Shown here in pieces: positions 27,022 to 40,969 of a stretch of 43,484 nt of DNA (its first letter is position 1; each line of letters starts with the position of its first letter). Below the pieces are notes generated by a model. The model saw only the letters and a program-made list of their open reading frames with translations. It ran no database searches and was not told the DNA's origin. Position numbers and translations under genes: made by a program. Source of the DNA: a bacterium (GTDB lineage: Bacteria; RBG-13-61-14; DATKZS01); contig JAWOBU010000122.1 in NCBI GenBank assembly GCA_046484135.1, positions 1 through 43,484 on the forward strand. The letters run 5' to 3'.

Positions 27022-27980
27022 TGAGGGAAAAACCGCTTTCGACCAGGGTTACCGAGACTCTGGGGATCGAGTACCCGGTCTTGCAGGGCGCCATGGCCTG
27101 GGTGAGCTTCGCGCCCCTGGTGGCCGCGGCATCGAACGCCGGTGGCCTGGGAATAATCGGCGGAACCATCTTCAACCCCGACCAGATGCGGGACGAGATC
27201 AGGAAGGTCCGCGAGCTTACCAACAAGCCATTTGGCGTGAACATCATAAGCCTGCATCCCATGATAAAAGAGATACTCCAGGTGTTGATAGACGAGAAGG
27301 TGCTGGTGGCCACTTACGGCACCGGGAACCCCGGCAAGATCATCGAGGTCTTGAAGCCGGGCGGTGTCATGAGCTTCCCGGTAGTGCCCAACGTGGCGAC
27401 CGCGGTGCGTGCCGAGCAGGACGGCGCGGACGGAGTGATCGTGTCGGGTTGCGAAGGCGGCGGCCACGTAGGCAGGATGGGCACCATGGTCCTGGTGCCG
27501 CAGGCGCGCGACAAAGTGGACATCCCCCTGGTGGCGGCCGGAGGAATCGCCGACGGCCGGGGCATGGCCGCGGCCTTTGCCATGGGAGCAGAGGGCATCC
27601 AGATGGGGACCCGTTTTATTGTAACCAGGGAATCTCCCGCCCATGACAACGTGAAGCAAAAGATCATTCAGGCCGCGGCAGAGGAGACAGTGGTAACCGG
27701 CAATATCACCGGCCTTCCCGTGCGGGTTTTGAAAAACCGGATGGCGGAGGAATTCCTGAACATGGAGGACACCGGCAGGTCCAAGGCGGAGATGGCGCTT
27801 TTCGGCTCCGGCAAAATGAACCTCGCCTTTGTCCAGGGAGACGCGGAAGACGGCTCGGTCATGGCCGGTCAGATAGCCGGAATGGTGAATGAAGAACCCA
27901 CCTGCGACGACCTGATCCAGAAGATCATGAGCGACTTTAGAAAAACATCACGAGAGATGGCGGAAAAGGCGGAGAGGTAA
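27021..27980 (+). CDS. FabK-like enoyl-ACP reductase II / nitronate monooxygenase family flavoprotein
   Basis: YPVLQGAMAWVS, SNAGGLGII, EGGGHVG, AAGGIADGRG, QMGTRF, MAGQIAG. Confidence 0.85.
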   Translation: MREKPLSTRVTETLGIEYPVLQGAMAWVSFAPLVAAASNAGGLGIIGGTIFNPDQMRDEIRKVRELTNKPFGVNIISLHPMIKEILQVLIDEKVLVATYGTGNPGKIIEVLKPGGVMSFPVVPNVATAVRAEQDGADGVIVSGCEGGGHVGRMGTMVLVPQARDKVDIPLVAAGGIADGRGMAAAFAMGAEGIQMGTRFIVTRESPAHDNVKQKIIQAAAEETVVTGNITGLPVRVLKNRMAEEFLNMEDTGRSKAEMALFGSGKMNLAFVQGDAEDGSVMAGQIAGMVNEEPTCDDLIQKIMSDFRKTSREMAEKAER

Positions 27981-28063
27981 AAGCAGTATGAAATAAAGCT
28001 CGGCGATGAAGAAGCCAAAGAAAGCTGAAAAACCTATGGTGTCATTCTTGATTCAACGAGTCC

Positions 28064-28267
28064 ATGCTTAAAGCAGAAAATGAGATCAATCTTGTTCGAG
28101 TACACATAGCGGGGCTGTTTTTCGAAGTTTTGACGAGCAAGGTGGATGTTCGCAGAATCGAGAGCCTTGAGGCTGGCAAGGAAGAGGTTATCGCGCTGAA
28201 TAAGGCCCCCCACACAGGGAAAGACGAATTGGCGGGCGATGATTTTAAAACGGAGGTCCGGCCATGA
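28064..28267 (+). pseudogene. Possible C-terminal remnant of type I R-M specificity subunit HsdS
   Basis: EINLVRVHIAGLFFEVLTSKVDVR resembles the HsdS tail pattern EI.LL.EYR..LI...VTGK.DVR; ATGA-coupled to darT. Confidence 0.4.
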
Positions 28268-28905
28268 CGGCGCCCGCAGAGCCGAAGGTCTACCACATTG
28301 TGCATGTAGACAGATTGCCTCCGATTATCACTGATGGGTGTCTATGGTGCGATGCCGAAGTAATACGTCGCGAACGTGGGGGGACTACCATTGGCATGAA
28401 TGCTATTAAGCAACGCAGACTATCGTTGCCTTTGACCAGCCATCCCGGGCTTCACGTAGGCGATTGCGTGCCTTTCTATTTCTTCCCCCGTTCGATCATG
28501 CTTTACCTGATTTACCAGGGGAATTACCCTGATTTGACTTATCGCGGCGGCCAGAGGCCTATCGTTCACCTGGAAGCGGACCTTCGCGCTTGTGTGGCCT
28601 GGGCGGAACAGAATCAAAGGCGCTGGGCGTTTACCTTGTCCAACGCCGGCTCATACTTTTTTGAAGACCGCAAAGACCTGGGGCAATTGGACGAGATAGA
28701 CTGGGATGCAGTGCAGACAAACAATTGGCAATCATGTAAGGATGGAAAGCAGGCGGAATTTTTGATGGAGTACAGCTTTCCCTGGCATCTGGTCGAACGC
28801 ATCGGCGTGCATTCGTATTCCGTCTATCAGGAGGTTGTTAATGTTATGCCGGCGGCTGATGGCCACCGTCCGCTGGTTGAAATAAGAAAAGAATGGTATT
28901 ATTGA
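28264..28905 (+). CDS. darT: DNA ADP-ribosyltransferase toxin DarT (DUF4433)
   Basis: YHIVHVDRL, VPFYF.PRS.MLY, FTLSNAG, KQAEFL containing the catalytic Glu. Confidence 0.9.
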   Translation: MTAPAEPKVYHIVHVDRLPPIITDGCLWCDAEVIRRERGGTTIGMNAIKQRRLSLPLTSHPGLHVGDCVPFYFFPRSIMLYLIYQGNYPDLTYRGGQRPIVHLEADLRACVAWAEQNQRRWAFTLSNAGSYFFEDRKDLGQLDEIDWDAVQTNNWQSCKDGKQAEFLMEYSFPWHLVERIGVHSYSVYQEVVNVMPAADGHRPLVEIRKEWYY

Positions 28906-28920
28906 TAAGAGAAGACAGCG

Positions 28921-29970
28921 ATGATTGAATACAAAACCGGAGACATACTGAAAGAAGACGCGGAGGCCCTCGTTAATACAGTGAATTGTGTAGGCGTGAT
29001 GGGCCGTGGCATTGCCCTGCAATTTAAAAAAGCGTTCCCCCGGAACTTCGAGGCCTATGCCGCCGCCTGCAAGCACCATGAGATAAAGCCGGGCCGGATG
29101 TTTGTGTACGAGACCGGCCAATTGACTAACCCTCACTACATCATCAATTTTCCCACCAAGCGCCACTGGCGAGGAAAAAGTCGCCTGGAAGATATTGAAA
29201 GCGGACTCAGAGCTCTGGCGGAGACTATTCAAGAGCGCAATATTCACTCCATCGCACTTCCACCTTTGGGCAGCGGGCTTGGGGGGCTTGATTGGTCAGA
29301 GGTCAAACCCCGTATAGAGGCCGCACTTCAACCGCTTAATGATGTGCATATCATAGTGTACGAGCCCGAAGGCGCGCCGGAAACCGGAAAGATGGTGCAT
29401 AATCGTAAGGTCCCCAACATGACCGCAGGCCGTGCTACGCTGGTGGAATTGATGGACCGTTATATTCGCGGACTCCTGGATCCGTTTGTCTCGCTGTTGG
29501 AAGTACACAAGCTGATGTATTTCATGCAGGAGGCCGGCGAACCCCTCCGCCTTAATTACCGCAAAGGTCCCTATGGTCCTTACGCAGAAAACCTGCGGCA
29601 CGTGTTAAACGCAATTGAGGGGCACCTGGTTTACGGTTATGCTAATGGCGGCGACAGGCCGGACAAACCGCTCCAACTCGTGCCGGGCGCAATTGAAAAT
29701 GCTGAAGATTTTCTCCGGGAAACACCTGATACTCGTGCTCGTTTCGACAAGGTCTCGGGACTGCTCGAGGGTTTTGAGTCTCCCTTGGGACTGGAGTTGT
29801 TGTCCACTGTTCATTGGGTGATTAAGAATGAACCTGTCAAAACGATGGAGGAAGTCGTTAAACATACTTATGCCTGGAATGATCGCAAGCGAAGGTTTAC
29901 GTCCCGTCAGATAGGACTTGCTGCGGAAATCTTGTCAAGCCGGGGATGGACGGAAAAGCCGGGAACATAG
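28921..29970 (+). CDS. darG: Macrodomain antitoxin DarG
   Basis: ALVNTVNCVGVMGRGIALQFK, INFPTKRHWR, PPLGSGLGGL; C-terminal KLMYFMQ..GPYGPY, GLELLSTVHW. Confidence 0.92.
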   Translation: MIEYKTGDILKEDAEALVNTVNCVGVMGRGIALQFKKAFPRNFEAYAAACKHHEIKPGRMFVYETGQLTNPHYIINFPTKRHWRGKSRLEDIESGLRALAETIQERNIHSIALPPLGSGLGGLDWSEVKPRIEAALQPLNDVHIIVYEPEGAPETGKMVHNRKVPNMTAGRATLVELMDRYIRGLLDPFVSLLEVHKLMYFMQEAGEPLRLNYRKGPYGPYAENLRHVLNAIEGHLVYGYANGGDRPDKPLQLVPGAIENAEDFLRETPDTRARFDKVSGLLEGFESPLGLELLSTVHWVIKNEPVKTMEEVVKHTYAWNDRKRRFTSRQIGLAAEILSSRGWTEKPGT

Positions 29971-30285
29971 GGCCAAGCGTTAACCTCACTTATATCAGCG
30001 AAAAAAGTTTTGAGAACTTACACAGTTGCCTTGATTACTGAAAGAGCGGAACACAATCAGCCCGAAGTGATAACTGTTACAGTGATCATACGACCGCCCT
30101 GGACAAGTAAAAAGCTCTATCCTCTTGGATGTCCTCCCTCTTCTTCGCCTTCATTTTCTTAATCTCAGACCTTTATGTTTATCCTCCCCTTTCCGCCTTG
30201 ACAGGCTCACATGTTATGATGAAGATTATAAGTACAGACGAGAGACGTGTTTTCAGTTTTCTGTTCTGGACAGGGAGGTTTTATT

Positions 30286-30873
30286 ATGACCGAAAAGATT
30301 GGAATAAAAGACAATGACGCGCTTATCGTGGTGGACGTACAGAACGACTTTCTGCCGGGCGGGTCCATGGGAGTAAAGGACGGGGACGCCGTGGTTCCGG
30401 TGATAAACCTGCTTCTGCCCATGTTCACGACCAGGGTTTTCACCCGCGACTGGCACCCGGAAGACCACGTGTCCTTTTCCTCGGAGCCCGAGTTCACGGA
30501 CATGAGCTGGCCGCCTCATGCAGTACGGGGCACGTGGGGCGCGGAGTTTCATCCCGACCTTAAAGTGCCGGAGGACGCCGTCATCGTGAGCAAGGCGCCG
30601 GAAAGGGACAAGGAGGCCTACAGCGGCTTCCAGGCCACAGACCTTGCCAGACAGCTCGGCGACAAAGGAGCAAAGCGGGTGTTCGTGGGAGGGGTGGCCA
30701 CAGACTATTGCGTGAAGTTCACGGTACAGGACGCCCTTAAGGAAGGCTTCGAGACTTATGTTATAGTAGACGCCTGCCGGGCGGTGGACGTTCCGGAAGG
30801 GAACGGCCAGGCCGCGCTCGATGACATGGAGAAACAGGGAGCAAAGCTCGTAAACTCTTCTGACCTGGAGTAA
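30286..30873 (+). CDS. pncA: Nicotinamidase
   Basis: VVDVQNDFLPGGS, TRDWHP..H.SF, WPPH, K...EAYSGF, GVATDYCV. Confidence 0.92.
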   Translation: MTEKIGIKDNDALIVVDVQNDFLPGGSMGVKDGDAVVPVINLLLPMFTTRVFTRDWHPEDHVSFSSEPEFTDMSWPPHAVRGTWGAEFHPDLKVPEDAVIVSKAPERDKEAYSGFQATDLARQLGDKGAKRVFVGGVATDYCVKFTVQDALKEGFETYVIVDACRAVDVPEGNGQAALDDMEKQGAKLVNSSDLE

Positions 30874-30889
30874 AAAAGAGGAAGTAGTT

Positions 30890-32362
30890 ATGGAAAGTGA
30901 GCGCGATCCCCATCTGCCGTGGTTCGAGCGGCAAAAGATGGCCCTTCTGACCGACCTGTACGAGCTCACCATGCTGATCGGGTACTTAAAAACCGGGCTC
31001 CACGAGCGCAGGGTCGCCTTCGAGTTTTTTTTCCGGGAGCTGCCGCCCCACTCCGGCTTTGCAGTGTTCGCCGGGCTGGAAGGGCTTATAAAGGGCATCG
31101 AGAACATGAGCTTCAGCTCATCCGACCTGGACTATCTCGAAAAGTCCGCCGGGTTCGACAAAGAGGTCATAGATTACCTTGCAGACTTTCACCCGGAGGT
31201 GGACATGTGGGCCATGCCTGAAGGCACGGTGGTGTTTCCGAACGAGCCGCTCCTTCGGGTGGAAGGACCGCTGGCCGCGGCCCAGCTTCTCGAGACCTAT
31301 GTTCTGAACTGCCTTAACTATCCGACCCTGGTGGCCACCAAGGCCGCCCGGACCTGCCTGGCCGCGCTTGGAGACCCCGTGCTCGAGTTCGGGCTCCGGC
31401 GGGCCCAGGGACCGGACGGCGGCGTAACCGGCGCCCGCGCCGCTTATATCGGGGGATGCGCTGCAACTTCGAACGTGCTGGCCGGAAAGACCTACGGAAT
31501 CCCCATAAGCGGGACCCACGCCCATTCCTGGGTCATGAGCCACGACACCGAGCTGGAAGCGTTCAAGGCGTATGCGCGGGTATTTCCCGATTCCTCGCTC
31601 CTCTTGGTGGACACCTACGACACTTTGAAAAGCGGAGTGCCGAACGCCATCAAGGTGTTCGAGGATCTCCGAAAAACCAACCCCGACGTCCGGGCCGCCA
31701 TCAGGATAGACTCCGGCGACCTGGCCCGGCTCTCCAAACAGGCCCACAAACAGCTTGAAGAAGCCGGGTTCAAAAATCCCCGCATCGTGGGATCGAGCGA
31801 CCTGGACGAGGACCTGATCGCGGACCTGAAGCGGCAGGGCGCAAAGATAAACGCCTGGGGAGTGGGGACCCATCTTATCACCTCCCGGGACTTCCCCGCC
31901 CTGGGAGGGGTCTACAAGATCGTGGCGGTGCATGAACAAGGCGAGTGGCAGCCCCGGCTCAAGGTAGCGGGAAACCCGGAGAAAACCACCGACCCCGACC
32001 GGAAAAAGGTCGTAAGGCTCCATAACGGTGAGGGCTATCCCCTGGCGGACGTGCTTTGTCATGAAGGAGGAGAAGAACCGTGCAGCGGCAGCGTGCGCGC
32101 AGTGGACCGCGAGAGGCTCCACCGGGTTTTTACCTATGAAGCAAAGAGCGCGGAGCCGCTTCTTGAAAAGTTCATGGAAAAGGGCAGGGCCATAAAATCA
32201 TTGCCGTCGGTGGACGAGGTGAAGAAGCGGGCCGCCGGACAGATCGAGTCGCTGCCGGACGAGATGAAGCGGCTCCGGAACCCCCACCTGTATCCGGTGG
32301 TCCTGACCGAGGAGCTGGGCCGGGTGAAGAACGAGCTCATAAATGAAAGGACCGGAGCGTAG
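30890..32362 (+). CDS. pncB: Nicotinate phosphoribosyltransferase
   Basis: LLTDLYELTM, EFGLRRAQG, GTHAHSWV, LVDTYD, RIDSGD, GVYK. Confidence 0.95.
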   Translation: MESERDPHLPWFERQKMALLTDLYELTMLIGYLKTGLHERRVAFEFFFRELPPHSGFAVFAGLEGLIKGIENMSFSSSDLDYLEKSAGFDKEVIDYLADFHPEVDMWAMPEGTVVFPNEPLLRVEGPLAAAQLLETYVLNCLNYPTLVATKAARTCLAALGDPVLEFGLRRAQGPDGGVTGARAAYIGGCAATSNVLAGKTYGIPISGTHAHSWVMSHDTELEAFKAYARVFPDSSLLLVDTYDTLKSGVPNAIKVFEDLRKTNPDVRAAIRIDSGDLARLSKQAHKQLEEAGFKNPRIVGSSDLDEDLIADLKRQGAKINAWGVGTHLITSRDFPALGGVYKIVAVHEQGEWQPRLKVAGNPEKTTDPDRKKVVRLHNGEGYPLADVLCHEGGEEPCSGSVRAVDRERLHRVFTYEAKSAEPLLEKFMEKGRAIKSLPSVDEVKKRAAGQIESLPDEMKRLRNPHLYPVVLTEELGRVKNELINERTGA

Positions 32363-32398
32363 ACATGCCGGCTTAGGCAGGCGCTGTGGTTTCAGGAC

Positions 32399-35259
<2,861 letters not shown>

Positions 35260-35388
35260 GAGGCACTGCCCCTATCAATTGACGCAGAGGGGCATCGGAT
35301 TTATATTAAAATACAAAAGCTATCTGGGTAAAAAACTCAGAAGCCTGAAATAAGGATCATCAGGTTTTTGGGTACTTGAAAGTGTCCC

Positions 35389-35576
35389 GGATGGCCCACA
35401 CAACTTGTTGTGTGGGTGATCGAAGATCATGGGAGAGAACCCTGCGAGGTTGTACCGTAGTGTTCTTTTGCTTTTGTGGTATGAGCAAGGCCGGAGGACA
35501 GACGCAAACCCGGTTACAGAGCGCCTGCAGTCGCGCTTTGCGTGCCTGCCCACACAACAAGTTGTGTGGGCCATCC
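35389..35576. repeat. Inverted REP doublet (family A, REPIN-like)
   Basis: GGATGGCCCACACAACTTGTTGTGTGGG (35389-35416) and its exact reverse complement (35549-35576). Confidence 0.85.
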
Positions 35577-35692
35577 TGATGGTGGTTTTGTGGGCGAGTG
35601 TGAACAAACTTCAGGGGTTCCCTCAAAAAAGTGCCCTGTTCCTTTAGGTACTCAAAAACCGGAAGAACCTAAAAAAACCGAGGTGTACTAAA

Positions 35693-35908
35693 GTGCCGAT
35701 ATACGAGTTTCATTGTGCCGGGTGCGATTGTGACTTCGAGGAGCTGGTGATGGACGACGACCCGGTAAAGTGCCCGGATTGCGGAAGCCGGAAGGTGGCC
35801 AAGCTCATGAGTGCCTTTGCCCACAAGAGCGGCGACAACTTTGTGCCGAGCTCCGGCGGCTCCGGCTGTTCGAGCTGTTCTTCCGGAAGCTGCTCCTCCT
35901 GTCATTGA
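35693..35908 (+). CDS. FmdB-family zinc-ribbon protein with Cys/Ser-rich tail
   Basis: (G)PIYEFHCAGC...CPDCGS..KLMSAF; tail GCSSCSSGSCSSCH. Confidence 0.85.
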   Translation: MPIYEFHCAGCDCDFEELVMDDDPVKCPDCGSRKVAKLMSAFAHKSGDNFVPSSGGSGCSSCSSGSCSSCH

Positions 35909-35930
35909 GACGCGGACCTTCCTTATAAAG

Positions 35931-36569
35931 ATGAAGTACCGTCATATAGCCATTGAAGGACCAATAGGCGCGGGAAAGACCTCCCTTGCCAGGATGCTGG
36001 CCCGCGAGTTCAACGCCCGGCTCGTGCTCGAGTCGGTAGAGGAAAACCCTTTTTTGGAGAAGTTCTACCAGAAAAGGGAGGAGTACGCTTTCCAGACCCA
36101 GCTTTACTTCCTGCTCTCCAGATATAAAAAACAAACCGAGTTCGCCCAGCCGGACCTCTTTCAGCAGATAGTGGTCTCCGACTACATGCTGGACAAGGAC
36201 CGCATCTTCGCATCCGTAAACCTCTCCGACGACGAGCTCGCGCTCTACGAGCAAATCTACCGCATACTGGACCTTCGTGTCACCAGGCCCGACATGGTGC
36301 TCCTTCTGCAGGCAAGCCCCAAAACGCTCCTGGAGAGAATCAGGAAAAGAGGAAAACCCTACGAGAAAAACATCGAGATAGACTATCTGGAAGACCTCTG
36401 CCGGGCATATACCAGCTACTTCTTCTCCTACAACAAAAGCCCCCTGCTCATCATCAACACCGACAACCTCGACTTCATAGAAAACAAAAAGGACATGGTC
36501 GAGCTACTGAAAGAACTCCGCCGCTTCCAGGGCGGGACCCAGTTCTGGAACCCCATGGAACCGGGCTGA
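35931..36569 (+). CDS. Deoxynucleoside kinase (dAK/dCK/dGK family)
   Basis: IAIEGPIGAGKTSL, ENPFL.KFY, FQTQLYFL.SR, RIRKRGKPYE. Confidence 0.9.
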   Translation: MKYRHIAIEGPIGAGKTSLARMLAREFNARLVLESVEENPFLEKFYQKREEYAFQTQLYFLLSRYKKQTEFAQPDLFQQIVVSDYMLDKDRIFASVNLSDDELALYEQIYRILDLRVTRPDMVLLLQASPKTLLERIRKRGKPYEKNIEIDYLEDLCRAYTSYFFSYNKSPLLIINTDNLDFIENKKDMVELLKELRRFQGGTQFWNPMEPG

Positions 36570-36677
36570 GAAAAACCGAACTCTCGCCTGAAAAACAAAA
36601 CCCACGACAGAGCCTTCAGATTTCGATCTCTATGCGGAATCCATCCTTCCCATTGCGCCGCTTATTCTTGCGGGCTC

Positions 36678-36690
36678 TAATCTCTTGATT
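36678..36690 (-). promoter_or_regulatory. Putative IHF site
   Basis: AATCAAGAGATTA matches WATCAANNNNTTR. Confidence 0.45.
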
Positions 36691-36824
36691 TTATTATGAA
36701 ACTTATAAAAATCGGCCCCGGAGGGCCTGGCCGGCCATAAAGTTGAGCGCGGGCCGGTGGGGGCGCCGCGCGAAAAATCCTGTTTTATCGGGAGGTTATA
36801 AAAGAGGACGCGCCGGGTGGAAGT

Positions 36825-36840
36825 TGGCATCGGGATTGCT
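36825..36840 (+). promoter_or_regulatory. Putative sigma54 (-24/-12) promoter
   Basis: TGGCATC-GGGA-TTGCT with exact GG to GC spacing. Confidence 0.65.
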
Positions 36841-36946
36841 TGGTTACAGGGGCAAGAGGATTTGGATGAGGCCAAAGGCAAAAGCAGGCAACATTATTCA
36901 ACACAAAGGTCTTCTCTTCGGGGGGACGAGAAAGGAGGAGTCGGTT

Positions 36947-37528
36947 ATGAAAGGTTCTATCAATATCATATTAGCGGGTTTTCTGGTTCTTTTTGTTGGC
37001 ATGTTCTCGGGCTGTTTCCAGGTGGAGGACGACGATGATGACACCTGTTGCGACTCGGGCGGCTGTGCAGTGGTGGAAGAATGGCACATGGTGGGTCCTG
37101 CTTTCCACACTTTGTCGGTGGGGGACGACTGCGGTTGCGGCGGCTGTTCTGACTGCTCCTGGTACGAAGAGGTGGGCTCGTGGGACACCCTGGTTTTCTC
37201 CGGCGATCACGACTATAACCTTGTTGACCTACGGTTCAACTACACGGTAACCAACTGGGGCGATTACACCACCAGCGTCTGGGTCAGCCTTTGTGATTAC
37301 TACGGTTGCGAGGACGTGCTTTATATGGACATCCCTGCCGGTGAGGTCATAAGCGGCCGGGAAATAAACCCGGTTTTGGACACCGCCCTCACCGAGTTTT
37401 ATGATTGCCTGGACCTGTACGGGAGCGCCTGTTACATGGAGTACGACGTGGATGTGTACCTCGGAGAGGAATGCACCTGCTCGGACGTTACCCTCGATTA
37501 CTTTTACGACGGCCTTTACGTTTACTGA
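36947..37528 (+). CDS. Acidic Cys-rich lipoprotein of unknown function (193 aa)
   Basis: AAGGAGG SD, signal peptide with FSGC lipobox, 14 Cys, no Lys in the mature part. Confidence 0.8.
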   Translation: MKGSINIILAGFLVLFVGMFSGCFQVEDDDDDTCCDSGGCAVVEEWHMVGPAFHTLSVGDDCGCGGCSDCSWYEEVGSWDTLVFSGDHDYNLVDLRFNYTVTNWGDYTTSVWVSLCDYYGCEDVLYMDIPAGEVISGREINPVLDTALTEFYDCLDLYGSACYMEYDVDVYLGEECTCSDVTLDYFYDGLYVY

Positions 37529-37548
37529 GGCGCAAACAGGTACAGGTG

Positions 37549-37589
37549 GGCGCCCCGGACCCTCCCCCCGGCCCGGGGCGCCGTTTTTT
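37549..37589 (+). terminator. Intrinsic terminator
   Basis: GGCGCCCCGG...CCGGGGCGCC followed by GTTTTTT. Confidence 0.75.
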
Positions 37590-37699
37590 GTTAAAGGACA
37601 TAACAGGCGCTGAGGCGCTTTAAACGCCACGGCGCAACGTAAGATGGAAGAGCTTATTTGAGCTTAAGAGGCTTAGCGCTCCTGTGGCTGCCCTTTTTG

Positions 37700-37915
37700 C
37701 CGGTCAATTTTCGCGTTCTCACGGTCCAAGGTCCATTTCAACGGATTATCGGCAATATATGCACGGATGCGATTCAATTCATCTGCATTGCGGATGATGA
37801 CGATGGCGTGGAAATGATTCGGCATGATCACGAATTCATCCAGTTCAATCTCATCGCGGATTTCACCGGATTTTGTCCCTTCCTCGGCCGCGATCCTGCC
37901 AGCGCTGTTTAACAC
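37700..37915 (-). pseudogene. Internally deleted REP-associated tyrosine transposase (RAYT, Y1 HUH) remnant
   Basis: LNSAGRIAAEE..EIELDEFVIMPNHFHAIVII joined directly to RNADELNRIRAYIADNPLKW. Confidence 0.8.
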
Positions 37916-37917
37916 AT

Positions 37918-37949
37918 AAAAGGGCGAGGCATCAGGCCCCGCCCTTTTT
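37918..37949 (-). terminator. groEL terminator
   Basis: Minus-strand AAAAAGGGCGGGGC-CTGAT-GCCTCGCCCTTTT just after the groEL stop. Confidence 0.7.
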
Positions 37950-37983
37950 AGTTTCATCTTGGCTGTCAGGAGAAACTGGCTTC

Positions 37984-39669
<1,686 letters not shown>

Positions 39670-39987
39670 TTACTTTTTCTTCTTCGACTTCGATCCCGAC
39701 TCTTCCACTACCGCCAGGATGTCCTCTTCCCGCATCAAAAGGTGCTCTTCGCCGCCGATCTCCATGTCAGTGCCCGCGAACTTGTGGAACAGAACAATGT
39801 CGCCGGCTTTAACGTCCAGCTCGAGCGTCTTGCCGCTCTCCGTGGTCTTGCCCGGACCTACCGCTACGACCTCGCCCTTCTGAGGCTTCTCCTTGGCTGT
39901 GTCAGGAATGATGATACCGCCCGGTGTCTTCTCTTCCACTTCAACCCTTTTCACCAGAACCCGGTCCTGCAAAGGCTTCACTTTCAT
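39670..39987 (-). CDS. groS: Co-chaperonin GroES
   Basis: [31 protein letters not shown]. Confidence 0.98.
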   Translation of the reverse strand: MKVKPLQDRVLVKRVEVEEKTPGGIIIPDTAKEKPQKGEVVAVGPGKTTESGKTLELDVKAGDIVLFHKFAGTDMEIGGEEHLLMREEDILAVVEESGSKSKKKK

Positions 39988-40041
39988 CTTCTCTTTTCTC
40001 CTTTCTACCGAAATATTCCTTGGTTTTATGTAAGGCCGTCA

Positions 40042-40068
40042 TTAGCAGTCTAGCCATAAGAGTGCTAA
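40042..40068. promoter_or_regulatory. CIRCE element (HrcA operator)
   Basis: TTAGCAGTC-N9-GAGTGCTAA upstream of groES, 17/18 match to consensus. Confidence 0.92.
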
Positions 40069-40385
40069 CTACACCAAGCATCTTAGTCACTTTTTCGGAA
40101 AATGCAAGGAAAAAATCAAATTTTCTTGATAAGAAAGCCGGTTTTCTCTGGCCCCTGCTATTCCGGCAAGCATGAAAAACCGTGCCCCATCAAGTGGCCT
40201 TTTTCTTTCTTTCGGTTCGACATATTTTATGGCCGGAGGATAACAAAAGATGCGTTTATCTGTTTTGGTGCTTCCAGGGGGGAAGAGGGAGAAGGCAGAC
40301 ACCGATCGCGAGTCCGCAGTCAGTTCCGGCGCTCGGTCTTGCCGTTGCCCTGAGGTCGTTATTCATGAGGAGGATCCAATACTGA

Positions 40386-40643
40386 TGTCCAAAATATAAG
40401 ACAGAGGCAAACAATTGTATCACGCAGAGGCGCAAGACGCAGAGCAGAAGGAATTTCTTTTGAATTTAATGGGAAAAGACAAGACCAAAGTAGTGGTCCG
40501 GCGAAGCCGGGCTTTTCCGGAATCGAGGTCCCTTGAAAAGCGCCACCGGCAGACGTTTTCCATAAAGTATCGCGAAGGCGCAAGTTTCTTTGTCTTGCCT
40601 TTGCGGCTTGCGCCTCTGCGTGAAATAAAAATCTGTTTTGGAC
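40386..40643. repeat. Inverted-repeat element (family C, REP/MITE-like)
   Basis: TCACGCAGAGGCGCAAGACGCAGAG (40420-40444) vs inverted 40599-40623, 23/25 match; outer TGTCCAAAA/TTTTGGACA. Confidence 0.7.
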
Positions 40644-40659
40644 AAGAGTGAGGAGGGTG

Positions 40660-40963
40660 GTTGGTTTCCGGTCCTGTTCCTGTCCGGTTTTGGGTCAGTC
40701 CATCAGGCTCATTCGCCAGGGTCCACGATCAGCGCCGTCCCCCGAATCCGCTTCCGCTTCCGATTCCGCTCCGCTCAGCCCAGCATGTTCCGCTCCGCAT
40801 GTCAACTCCGCTTCCGCCTGGACCCTGGCGGACAAACCTGATGGATTCCTTTATACTGCCTTTGTTGCCGCTTTCCTTTGCAGTGATCTTTTAATCTTCT
40901 GATCTCCTCTCCGAATTTTTGCCGACTTACATGCAATAATTAATATTAATTGTATTAAATTAT
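40660..40963 (-). ncRNA. Candidate GGA-rich structured small RNA
   Basis: About 20 GGA motifs in ~255 nt; 27-bp stem with three G-U pairs on this strand; upstream near-consensus promoter; ends uncertain. Confidence 0.4.
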
Positions 40964-40969
40964 AGGTCT

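Noticed and set aside
36869..36930. Cyclic di-GMP-I (GEMM) riboswitch suggested by AAAGGCAAA...GCAA...ACACAAAG
   Set aside because: The P2 stem does not pair convincingly and no P1 3' strand was found; an Infernal search would settle it
40699..40845. 6S RNA
   Set aside because: The enclosed region is purine-rich and cannot form the long apical stem and central bubble of 6S
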